Assembly (NCBI GenBank): GCA_947477885.1
Contig: CANJUD010000004.1
Span: 164,997-228,996 of the forward strand
DNA length: 64,000 nucleotides
Direction of reading: 5' to 3'
Source of the DNA: Bacteroidota bacterium
GTDB taxonomy: Bacteria; Bacteroidota; Bacteroidia; UKL13-3
Shown here: one piece after another, positions 30,276-38,980 of the stretch
How positions within the stretch are numbered: position 1 is the first letter of the stretch
Layout: every line of letters starts with the position of its first letter
The notes under the pieces: model-generated
Seen by the model: only the letters and a program-made list of their open reading frames with translations
The model's database searches: none
Told to the model about the DNA's origin: nothing
Translations under genes and position numbers: made by a program

Positions 30276-31670
30276 TTAGTATCCCAATATCTTTAACATA
30301 CTTTCAGGGGTTTGTTCTTTATTGAACAATTTAAATGTATGTTCACCTTTTTCGTTTTTGTCTATAATAATATGTTTGGGGGCTGGTATTAAACAATGTT
30401 GAATGCCTCCATATCCTCCCAGTGATTCTTGATAAGCTCCTGTATGAAAAAATCCCATATATAATTCTTCATCATGGTGAAGTTTGGGCATGAACACTTG
30501 GTTGGTATGGCTATCACTATTATAAAAATCCTGTCCATCGCAAGTAAGTCCGCCTAGGTTGATGCGTTGAAACTCACGCTGCCAATGGTTTAAGGCAAGT
30601 AATATAAATTTCTGCCCGATGCCCCAAGTGTCAGGCAATGTAGTGATAAAACTACTGTCAATCATATACCAAAGTTCTTTATCGTTTTGCTGCTTTTGGC
30701 CAACTATTTTATATAATGTTGCACCACTCTCCCCTACTGTAAACGAACCAAACTCAGTAAATATATCTGGCTCGGGTACATCTTTTTCATCGCATATATA
30801 TTGTATAATCATTACAATCTGCTCTATCATATATTCATAATTGTGCTCAACGCCCAAACTATTATATATGGGCATACCGCCGCCAATATCAAACCAATCC
30901 AATGTATTGCACTCTTGGCGAAGGTCGCAGTATACATTTACCAAACGGGTAAGTTCACTCCAATAAAAAGTGGTATCTTTTATACCTGAGTTCACAAAAA
31001 AATGCATCATCTTTAAAGTGAATTTTGGATTATCTTTTATCTTTTGATTATATAAACGCAAAATCTTTTTGCTACTCATTCCCAATCGAGAAGTATATAC
31101 AGAGAAGTTAGGCTCTTCTTCTGTAGCTACTCTAATTCCAATCTTAATTGGAACAGGGCACATACTATCCAACAGGTCAATTTCATCGGTATTATCGAGC
31201 ACACAAACCAAATTTTCAAATCCCATTTGCACTAACTCTACCATCCCTTTTATATAGCTATCGGTTTTGTAACCATTGCATATAATCTTTTTATGGATAG
31301 GGAACCTACCATCTTTGTGCAATGACTTTATAATATCCAAATCGAATGCAGATGAAGTTTCTAAATCTACATCACTTTTAAGACATTCCTCAATAATGAA
31401 TTTGAAATGCGAACTTTTTGTACAATAACAATAATGATATTTACCTTTATATTTATGTTTCTCAATTGCCTTTGCAAACAAGTCTTTGGCAACCTGAATC
31501 TGAGAACCAATTTTTGGCAAATAAGTTAACTTCAATGGCGTACCATATTCTTTCACAATTTCCATCAAATTGAGGTCGTGAAAAAACAAGTTACCGTTTC
31601 GCACATCGTAACCGTGGCGTGGGAAGTAGAAGGTTTGCTCTACTAGATCTATATATTTGTTTTTAATCAT
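30276..31670 (-). CDS. speA: fold-type III PLP-dependent decarboxylase, likely arginine decarboxylase
   Basis: YGTPLKL sits near the N-terminus. The glycine-rich motif FDIGGGMP and the GAYQESLGG motif are typical of the Orn/DAP/Arg decarboxylase family. Substrate assignment is by family resemblance only. Confidence 0.6.
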   Translation of the reverse strand: MIKNKYIDLVEQTFYFPRHGYDVRNGNLFFHDLNLMEIVKEYGTPLKLTYLPKIGSQIQVAKDLFAKAIEKHKYKGKYHYCYCTKSSHFKFIIEECLKSDVDLETSSAFDLDIIKSLHKDGRFPIHKKIICNGYKTDSYIKGMVELVQMGFENLVCVLDNTDEIDLLDSMCPVPIKIGIRVATEEEPNFSVYTSRLGMSSKKILRLYNQKIKDNPKFTLKMMHFFVNSGIKDTTFYWSELTRLVNVYCDLRQECNTLDWFDIGGGMPIYNSLGVEHNYEYMIEQIVMIIQYICDEKDVPEPDIFTEFGSFTVGESGATLYKIVGQKQQNDKELWYMIDSSFITTLPDTWGIGQKFILLALNHWQREFQRINLGGLTCDGQDFYNSDSHTNQVFMPKLHHDEELYMGFFHTGAYQESLGGYGGIQHCLIPAPKHIIIDKNEKGEHTFKLFNKEQTPESMLKILGY

Positions 31671-31677
31671 TTTATTT

Positions 31678-31786
31678 AGTAATCAGTGGTTAGTAAACAG
31701 TAGTCAGCGTTATCCTGTTTTGCAATCAAAACAGGAAGTAAAGTAGCCGTATGGTACTGACTACTGTTAACTAACCACTGATTACT
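31678..31786. repeat. long palindromic element: 30-bp arms (AGTAATCAGTGGTTAGTAAACAGTAGTCAG) with 1 mismatch, and an inner hairpin CCTGTTTTG-caatc-AAAACAGG
   Basis: It is read directly from the sequence. It fills the 117-bp gap between the speA-like start and the nucleotidyltransferase stop. The arm sequence matches the CAGTAGT heptamer family at 59.8-62.6 kb. Confidence 0.8.
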
Positions 31787-31787
31787 A

Positions 31788-32783
31788 TTATTCATTTCCA
31801 AAATTTATTTCTGTGCTATCACCAATATTGAGACTTTGCTGTGCACCTTGGAAGGAAGCATCGTTCCCAATTAATGAATGATGAAGTATTGCATTTTCTA
31901 GATGAGAATGTGGGCCTATTATACTATCTTTTAATATCGAATATTTGATAACTGCACTATCGCCAATTGACACATAGGGACCTATAATACTATTGCTGAT
32001 TTGTGCAGTGGGGTCAATATATACAGGATGTATTATAATAGTATTTTCATAAGTTTTTGTTTCAATATTTTTTTGTCTTTTAAGTAAAGTAGAATTGGTT
32101 TCAAGCAGCATGTCTTTTTTGCCGCAATCGAACCAGTTATCAATTTCTTGTGTACGGAACTTCACGCCTGCATCTGCCATACGCATAAGTGCATCAGTGA
32201 GGTGATACTCGTTTTGTGTTTTTATTTTATTGTCGATATTATATTCTAGTGCTTCAATCAATTGGTCTGTTTCGATTATTTTATATAAACCTACCAATGC
32301 CAAATTTGATTTGGGTATATTGGGTTTCTCCACCAATTTAGAAATGAATCCTTGCCCGTCCAACTCAGCCACACCAAATGAGCGTGGGTCACTCACTTTT
32401 TTTACACCCAATAATGAGAATGGACTTTTTATAAAGGTATTTAAGTTAGTATCAAAAATAGTATCGCCTAATACAATCATCAATTCTTTGTCATTATTTA
32501 TATAATCTTTAGCCAACCAAATGGCGTAACCTATTCCTTTACCTGTAGTTTGTATAACAAATTGTGTGTTAATTTTCGGAAAGTTGTGTGTTATATATTC
32601 TTCAATTTTATCTCCCAAATATCCGATAATAAATATAAAATCATCAAAGCCCGCATCGATAAGCGGTTGTATAATATGGGCCAAAATAGGCTTGCCCGCC
32701 ACTGGTATCAGCGACTTGGGTTGTGTGTGCGTATGTGGCCTAAGCCTGCTGCCTATGCCTGCAACTGGGATTATTACCTGCAT
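31788..32783 (-). CDS. sugar-phosphate nucleotidyltransferase with C-terminal left-handed beta-helix
   Basis: The N-terminus, MQVIIPVAGIGSRLRP...PKSLIPVAGKPIL, is an NTP_transferase G-x-G-x-R motif. C-terminal hexapeptide repeats are present. Confidence 0.78.
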   Translation of the reverse strand: MQVIIPVAGIGSRLRPHTHTQPKSLIPVAGKPILAHIIQPLIDAGFDDFIFIIGYLGDKIEEYITHNFPKINTQFVIQTTGKGIGYAIWLAKDYINNDKELMIVLGDTIFDTNLNTFIKSPFSLLGVKKVSDPRSFGVAELDGQGFISKLVEKPNIPKSNLALVGLYKIIETDQLIEALEYNIDNKIKTQNEYHLTDALMRMADAGVKFRTQEIDNWFDCGKKDMLLETNSTLLKRQKNIETKTYENTIIIHPVYIDPTAQISNSIIGPYVSIGDSAVIKYSILKDSIIGPHSHLENAILHHSLIGNDASFQGAQQSLNIGDSTEINFGNE

Positions 32784-32825
32784 TTTTTTTAGTCGTTAGT
32801 CATTTAGTTATTAGGCGCTAGTGCC

Positions 32826-32843
32826 TCCCGATAGTTATCGGGA
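32826..32843. repeat. palindrome TCCCGATAGTTATCGGGA
   Basis: It is a near-perfect copy of the 9696-9713 palindrome. Confidence 0.7.
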
Positions 32844-32856
32844 CGGCGGCGGCTCA

Positions 32857-32940
32857 TTCATCTTTCATCTTTATACTTTATACTTTATACTATATACTTT
32901 ATACTTGCTCTCTCTCTTTTCCCTTCTCCACTCTCCTACT
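32857..32940. repeat. heptamer tandem array, 12 units (TTCATCT x2, TTATACT x5, TCTCTTT-like x5)
   Basis: The strict 7-bp period is read directly from the sequence. The array overlaps the last approximately 13 codons of tatC. Confidence 0.75.
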
Positions 32941-33771
32941 TACATATATACTAAACTCGAACAACAAATATAATGGTGTTGCCATTAATAATTGACTGGA
33001 CATATCGGGACTCGGGGTTAGAATTGCGGATATAATGAGTATTATAACGACTGCATAGCGTCTGTTTTTTTGCATAAACTTGGAGCCCAGCAAACCTATT
33101 TTGGTGAGAAAATATATTACAATGGGCAATTCGAATATCAACCCACAAGCAAGTACCATCATGGTTACGAAGGAGAGGTATTCATCCAAAGTCCAGTTGT
33201 TTTCTATTTTGCTACTAAGTTCATAATTGGCCAGAAAAGATAAGGACATCGGTGTGAGAATAAAAAAACCAAACACAATACCCATTAGAAATAATAAAGA
33301 TATGAAGAATGTAAAACTACGGGCATTTTTTTGCTCTTTCTCTTTAAGAGCAGGTTTAATAAACAACCAAACCTGACGAACAATATAAGGGAACGCGATA
33401 ATAAGACCACCTATTAAAGCTATGTAAAGACTGTTGCTAAACTGCCCCCCCGGTGAAAGGTTTTGCATATTGAGTTTGAATTCTTTAATGCACAATGAAT
33501 CGTTATTGTATAACATATAGGAAAGACTACAAATTTGCCGATAGGTCCAAAATCCTACATTGATGGGAGCTAAAATAATTTCATCCATTATAATATCGAG
33601 CTCCATAAAACAGAAGATTGCACCAATGATCACAGCTATCACTGCCCGAACAATGTGCTTACGCAGATCGTCGATATGGTCCAGAAAACCCATCTCGTGA
33701 CCTTCTTGATCTGTAGGTCCTTTGTTTACCCTTCTGGTAACACCGCTAACTATGTTTGAAATTATTCCCAT
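32899..33771 (-). CDS. tatC: twin-arginine translocase subunit TatC
   Basis: MGFLDHIDDLRKHIVRAVIAVIIG at residues 27-50 is the TatC N-terminal motif, and about 6 TM helices follow. The true start may be the internal Met at residue 27. The C-terminal tail RRVEKGKEREQV is encoded by the heptamer array. Confidence 0.8.
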   Translation of the reverse strand: MGIISNIVSGVTRRVNKGPTDQEGHEMGFLDHIDDLRKHIVRAVIAVIIGAIFCFMELDIIMDEIILAPINVGFWTYRQICSLSYMLYNNDSLCIKEFKLNMQNLSPGGQFSNSLYIALIGGLIIAFPYIVRQVWLFIKPALKEKEQKNARSFTFFISLLFLMGIVFGFFILTPMSLSFLANYELSSKIENNWTLDEYLSFVTMMVLACGLIFELPIVIYFLTKIGLLGSKFMQKNRRYAVVIILIISAILTPSPDMSSQLLMATPLYLLFEFSIYVSRRVEKGKEREQV

Positions 33772-33893
33772 TAATTGGCCGCAAAATTAACCAATTAACA
33801 CTTGTGATGGGTTTATAATTTATGAAGTAGTTAAAAAATTGCTAACCTTTATGGTGTGCATACCTTAAATAGTCATAACATTTAGGAATACAC

Positions 33894-34178
33894 TTATTTT
33901 GAGTTAGCTAGTATTTTACTTGAGCCTGATTTAATAGTATTATAAGCTACCTTAGAAATTTCTTTAATTACCTCGGGCAGTTGTTTGATGTCTTTATCAT
34001 CAGTCATCACAGTTAGCACATATCCGGTATTATTTACATATATGATACATGATTCATGCAACTGATGCTGATTTCCCATCACACTTTCGCCAAACTTGTG
34101 GGATATAAAACCCAAGCTATCGACTGCTGCAGCCAATCCTTCTTTAAAGAAGCATTCACTCATCATTTGCAAAATCAT
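33894..34178 (-). CDS. hypothetical small protein (94 aa)
   Basis: It is an ORF starting at an ATG. No family was recognised. Confidence 0.35.
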   Translation of the reverse strand: MILQMMSECFFKEGLAAAVDSLGFISHKFGESVMGNQHQLHESCIIYVNNTGYVLTVMTDDKDIKQLPEVIKEISKVAYNTIKSGSSKILANSK

Positions 34179-34410
34179 ATCTGAATGTGTCCTACCTATA
34201 AAAGCACCATTGTATTATACCCGCATAAAATTAGAAAACTCTTTAGTACTTATCAAATAAACATTCTACTTTTGAACCGCACTAAAAATGTGATGGCTAC
34301 AACACTTCAACAAAAAAGTACCCTACTAAACAACCTATTAGAAGTCTGCCAACACTGAATGCTGCCTGTTTAGATATAATAAACAATAAACCGGAAAAAT
34401 AAATTATATA

Positions 34411-37400
34411 TTAATACAGTGTATAAACTACACCTTGCTGGTTATGCTCTCGCACATCCCAACCGCGATATGAAACATACCATATATACATATCATTGCT
34501 ACTCCTTTTGCCTTTAAAAGTGCCATCCCATTGGGTGTGCCGGTCAGTGGTTTCGAAAACCAATTCGCCCCAGCGGTTATATACACGCATATGAAAATCT
34601 TTTACAAATATTGGGAGAAATCCCCACATATCATTTAAGCCATCATCATTGGGGCTAAAGCCATTAGGCACCCACAGAAGGGGCAATTGTTGCAAGCAAA
34701 CTATATTAGATTGGCTTATGGCATCAAACCCGCCACTAGCTTCATGTGCATCAACACGATAGCAGTATTTTCCCCAATCGTAGTGCATGGTGCTATCTGA
34801 ATGTGTAAATTTTGTTTTATTGAAGTATTCTATCTGCTCAAATGTTGGGTTACTATCATTTCTATATAATTCAAAATGATCATTACCTGTTTTTGGCCAA
34901 TCTGAATAATCAGTCCACTGGAGATTGTGCAAATATGGTTTGCTTTGACCTGATAAAACTATATTACAACCTTTATTACTGTAGTTACTTATATGCCCGC
35001 ATTTATCAGTCACCCTTATATTATAGCAATAACTGCTATCTCCTACCAGCACAGCAGAATCTTCGAACCAAGTTTGGTCAGCATTTTTGATTGCTTTAAA
35101 TATCTGCAATGTTGGAGCTTTTGATGGGCTCTGTTTAAATATTAAATAATTATCAAAATCAGGTTTTGTATATTTGGTCCATTCTATTCTCACTTTTGAA
35201 TTATTTACTACAGTAGCTCTAATAAGATAAGGAGCCTGAATAGGGTCTTTAAAAGCTTCGGCCGAACATGCTTTGTAGCTGGTATCGCCATGCTTATCGC
35301 ATATATTCACCCCTTGCATATAATAACAATAATTCACTACTTGGTGGTTCGGACTACTACCATCTATATATTCATTTTTATCGCCCGGATATATTTTAGC
35401 TAATATAGTTTCAACACCAGCGGGGTCGCGTCGGTATAATATATAATATTGCAAATAACGGCTAGTATCTAATCCGTCCCAAGTTACTTTTGAAGTATTG
35501 GCATCAATATTCGACACACAAACTACATTGGGTGGCATTACATCAGGCGGTGGTTTTACAAAAACTTTAAAGATCGCAATCCCCGAATCGGGTTGGGGAC
35601 ATAGATTATTGTCGTGGGCAATTACCGTTATTATAATAGTATCTGTCGTTATATTTTGGCAACCTGTGTACCACTTAAAATGACTCGATGCTTTGTTCAC
35701 ACCGCTATCTGCAGGCATTGTGGCGCTACTTCCGGGAAATAATATGGTGCTATATGGAGTTACAAATACAGAATCGTATTTGTCCTTATCTACAGAAGTA
35801 AAAGTAAAATCTAAAGTATCGGAAGCATATATAGCATAGGTATTGCTATCGGCAGAAGGTCTATAATTTAAGTTTTCGAAATCAATTTTGAATAATGCAT
35901 TATTACAATTCGAACTATTATTGGTTCGAGAAAATGCACCTGGCGTAGTGGGGAAGCCACTAGAGCCACCGCAGCCTGCACATACTGATTGATATACTCT
36001 TCCTTCAAAATCAAATCTACTTGTTCCTCCATCTACATGCTCGGCCAAAGGACTGCCATTTGAATTTTGTACATGCCCGCCAAAAAAAGTTCCATATAAT
36101 ATATCATCTAAATTGCGATTAAAAACTGCCAAATAAAAATCGGAACCGTCTGTTTTTTTATCGTACGCATTGGCAGTGACGGGCATTTTTAAAGTAGAAC
36201 CACCATGGGCCCCCTCATCAGTGCTATTGGTATTTCCACCCCATCCTGATACAAATACACGCTCGCATTTATCAACTAAGAAAGCTGATGGTGAAATATC
36301 TGGTGGTACACGGCCCGAACCAAAAACTGTTGAACGTAAAATCTTAGTTAAATCGGGCGACATTTTGGTAATGAACATCCCACTTCCTGGATTGGTATAT
36401 ATCGGAGGAGTAACTGGATATTGTCCATTCGTTTGTCCATATATATAAGGATTACCGTCCCTATCGGTTTGCACTAAGAACACTTGGTCATATCCTGAAG
36501 TGCCCACAAATGAAGCATTGAGCAATTTCCCATCATTACTTAAATGTATTAAAAAACCATCCTCTACCCCACCAAAATATTTTGATCCTATACCACTGAA
36601 TGCATGCTTCCAATTTTGACTTGTAGTACCCCCACCAACATATATACTTTGATCGGGAGCTATATGTAATCCGTTACATACATCCCAATCATCCCCACCC
36701 ACATAGGTGCCCCATATAATATGTTTCAAGTCGGGTGCAAGCTTAAAAACACATCCGTCTTGTTTGCCGCCTCCATTATTCATTTGATAAGATTTTGTTA
36801 CTGGAAAACCATCGAACTCGCTACTTTGCGTACTGCCTGTTATATATAAAAAATCATTATCATCATTTACTATTTCACCTCTATATATGTCACCGTAATT
36901 CCAAGCAACTTTACTGTCGTTATTTAATATACTTGTTTGTGTAAGTGTTCCGTTCTGTCCATCGCGTTTATTGCCTCCTAAATAAGTACTACTTATCATT
37001 GTTTTACCATCAGCACTTAATCGAAATACTATAATATCACTTTCGCCTGACAGGTTTCTTTGCACAACGGTATCACCAAAAATAGGGAAATTATTACTCC
37101 AAGTTGATGCTAATACACACAGTTCGCCTGCATGATTTACCACCATACTATGCGGTTGCTCGTTATGAGCACCTCCTATATAAGTTGCATAAACAATTCC
37201 TGTTCCATCGGGTTTATATTTAAGGATGCCCATATCTCTTGAATACTCTGCTCCTGCTGTTGAACCTCCTTGAAAACTTGTTTGAAATGCCCCGCTTGTT
37301 GCAGGAAATACACCTGGCAAATAATCATATATTGTAGTACCAGCATAGCCATGACCCAAAGTATCATATGTGCCTGTAAGTCCCCAATTATCAGCCGATG

Positions 37401-38169
37401 AGCCTGAGTAGGTAGAAAAAATAAGTTTGGGATCGATTAATAAAGGACGCTTATTATTGTAGTTTGTATTAAATGTTACTTGATTGTTTTTTAATATATA
37501 TTTCACCCCAACAGTTTCCATTTGTCCATCGTGATACCAGGCTATTGGCTTATCATCGATGTTAGTTGATACAGATGTTTTTAAAATTAATTGGCCTTGG
37601 TTTAGGGATAGTTTATCCAATCCTTCATACAGCATTTTAATATTGGACATATCTGCTCCAACTTTAACAATGAAATTATATTTTAGATATTTCCCTTCTT
37701 GCGATAAAATTTCCAAATCAATATTATTATAAATATTAACAATAGTGATTTTTTTATATACTTTTACACCGCTGGCCCATTTGCTTGGGTCATTACCCTG
37801 TATATAGTTTTCGTAATAATTTTCTGGCTCAGAAGGTATAATATTTGCTGCTGAGTTTGACCCATCAAATTTGAGAATATAATGGTGCCCTTTTAAACTA
37901 TATAAATAAGAAGGATCTTCCGGACTAATAGTTGGTATATTGCTTCTCTTATTGGCTAGTTTATGATTGCCCGCATGTTGCAATACCGATAAATCGAACT
38001 GAATAAAATCGAGTTGAGTTGCTCGTACATATAAATATCCATTGGGTAAACGGCAACGATAAGAGAATTCGCCAGCCCATTGCCCTTTGTTTTCGCTAAA
38101 CAGAGCTTGTCCAAAGCTAATATGTGCTATCAACAGAAAGGTAGTGAGACTGATAAAGTATTTGCGCAT
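34411..38169 (-). CDS. large secreted beta-propeller protein with T9SS type-B (gliding-motility) CTD
   Basis: The track start at 38241 is TTG. The ATG at 38169 gives a signal peptide, MRKYFISLTTFLLIAHISFGQ. SBBP-like repeats are present. The C-terminus VPNGFSPNDDGLNDMWG...YNRWGELVF...QWDGTFKGK matches TIGR04131. Confidence 0.82.
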   Translation of the reverse strand: MRKYFISLTTFLLIAHISFGQALFSENKGQWAGEFSYRCRLPNGYLYVRATQLDFIQFDLSVLQHAGNHKLANKRSNIPTISPEDPSYLYSLKGHHYILKFDGSNSAANIIPSEPENYYENYIQGNDPSKWASGVKVYKKITIVNIYNNIDLEILSQEGKYLKYNFIVKVGADMSNIKMLYEGLDKLSLNQGQLILKTSVSTNIDDKPIAWYHDGQMETVGVKYILKNNQVTFNTNYNNKRPLLIDPKLIFSTYSGSSADNWGLTGTYDTLGHGYAGTTIYDYLPGVFPATSGAFQTSFQGGSTAGAEYSRDMGILKYKPDGTGIVYATYIGGAHNEQPHSMVVNHAGELCVLASTWSNNFPIFGDTVVQRNLSGESDIIVFRLSADGKTMISSTYLGGNKRDGQNGTLTQTSILNNDSKVAWNYGDIYRGEIVNDDNDFLYITGSTQSSEFDGFPVTKSYQMNNGGGKQDGCVFKLAPDLKHIIWGTYVGGDDWDVCNGLHIAPDQSIYVGGGTTSQNWKHAFSGIGSKYFGGVEDGFLIHLSNDGKLLNASFVGTSGYDQVFLVQTDRDGNPYIYGQTNGQYPVTPPIYTNPGSGMFITKMSPDLTKILRSTVFGSGRVPPDISPSAFLVDKCERVFVSGWGGNTNSTDEGAHGGSTLKMPVTANAYDKKTDGSDFYLAVFNRNLDDILYGTFFGGHVQNSNGSPLAEHVDGGTSRFDFEGRVYQSVCAGCGGSSGFPTTPGAFSRTNNSSNCNNALFKIDFENLNYRPSADSNTYAIYASDTLDFTFTSVDKDKYDSVFVTPYSTILFPGSSATMPADSGVNKASSHFKWYTGCQNITTDTIIITVIAHDNNLCPQPDSGIAIFKVFVKPPPDVMPPNVVCVSNIDANTSKVTWDGLDTSRYLQYYILYRRDPAGVETILAKIYPGDKNEYIDGSSPNHQVVNYCYYMQGVNICDKHGDTSYKACSAEAFKDPIQAPYLIRATVVNNSKVRIEWTKYTKPDFDNYLIFKQSPSKAPTLQIFKAIKNADQTWFEDSAVLVGDSSYCYNIRVTDKCGHISNYSNKGCNIVLSGQSKPYLHNLQWTDYSDWPKTGNDHFELYRNDSNPTFEQIEYFNKTKFTHSDSTMHYDWGKYCYRVDAHEASGGFDAISQSNIVCLQQLPLLWVPNGFSPNDDGLNDMWGFLPIFVKDFHMRVYNRWGELVFETTDRHTQWDGTFKGKRSSNDMYIWYVSYRGWDVREHNQQGVVYTLY

Positions 38170-38242
38170 CAACTTTATATAAGACGAATAAAAGGTAGAA
38201 TTGGTTGCTTCAAATATGCGTAAAAAAAAACTATTGTCCAAA

Positions 38243-38767
38243 TTATTTGCTTTGTCTGAATGTTTCCCATAGTATCATCCCCACTGTCACGGCAACATTG
38301 AAAGAATGTTTGGTTCCAAATTGCGGAATTTCGATACAGCCTTCTGCCATTTGTATAATATCATCGCTAACCCCTGCTACCTCATTGCCAAATACAAAAG
38401 CCAATTTCCCATTTAAGTTAGTTTGATGCAGCATTGTTGATTGTTGCGTTTGTTCGATGCAATATATATGATATCCATTACTCTTTAATTCATTAATAGC
38501 ATCAATGGTTGCATCATAATATTTCCAATTTACGGTATCAGTTGCACCCAATGCAGTTTTGTGTAACTCTTTGTGAGGAGGTGTTCCCGTTATTCCACAT
38601 AAATACAATGCTTCAATTCTAAAGGCATCAGCCGTGCGAAATACGGAGCCCACATTGTGCAGACTGCGAACATTATCTAATATAATAACAATGGGGATTT
38701 TATCCGATTGCTTGAAGTCGCTGGTATCCATGCGTCCTAGGTCGGACATGCTTAGTTTTTGGTTCAT
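38243..38767 (-). CDS. SpoU/TrmH family RNA 2'-O-methyltransferase
   Basis: SPOUT motifs are present in LDNVRSLHNVGSVFRTADAF ... FVFGNEVAGVSDD ... IPQFGTKHSFNVAVTVGMILWE. Confidence 0.78.
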   Translation of the reverse strand: MNQKLSMSDLGRMDTSDFKQSDKIPIVIILDNVRSLHNVGSVFRTADAFRIEALYLCGITGTPPHKELHKTALGATDTVNWKYYDATIDAINELKSNGYHIYCIEQTQQSTMLHQTNLNGKLAFVFGNEVAGVSDDIIQMAEGCIEIPQFGTKHSFNVAVTVGMILWETFRQSK

Positions 38768-38980
38768 GAGAATAAGGAAAATATATTTCTGAAGGTTTAA
38801 ATTTTAAGGGCGAAATTTATAATAAAAACACCAATAAAATTATCGAGAGTTTTACCATAAATTTTGTTGAAAACTTCACTCAAAAATATCTTGCATTTCT
38901 AGCTAATTTGCGACAAAATTTGAAACTATTCATAGCTAAAATAAAACATTAACTAACAAACATTTAAAAAATAAAAAAAC

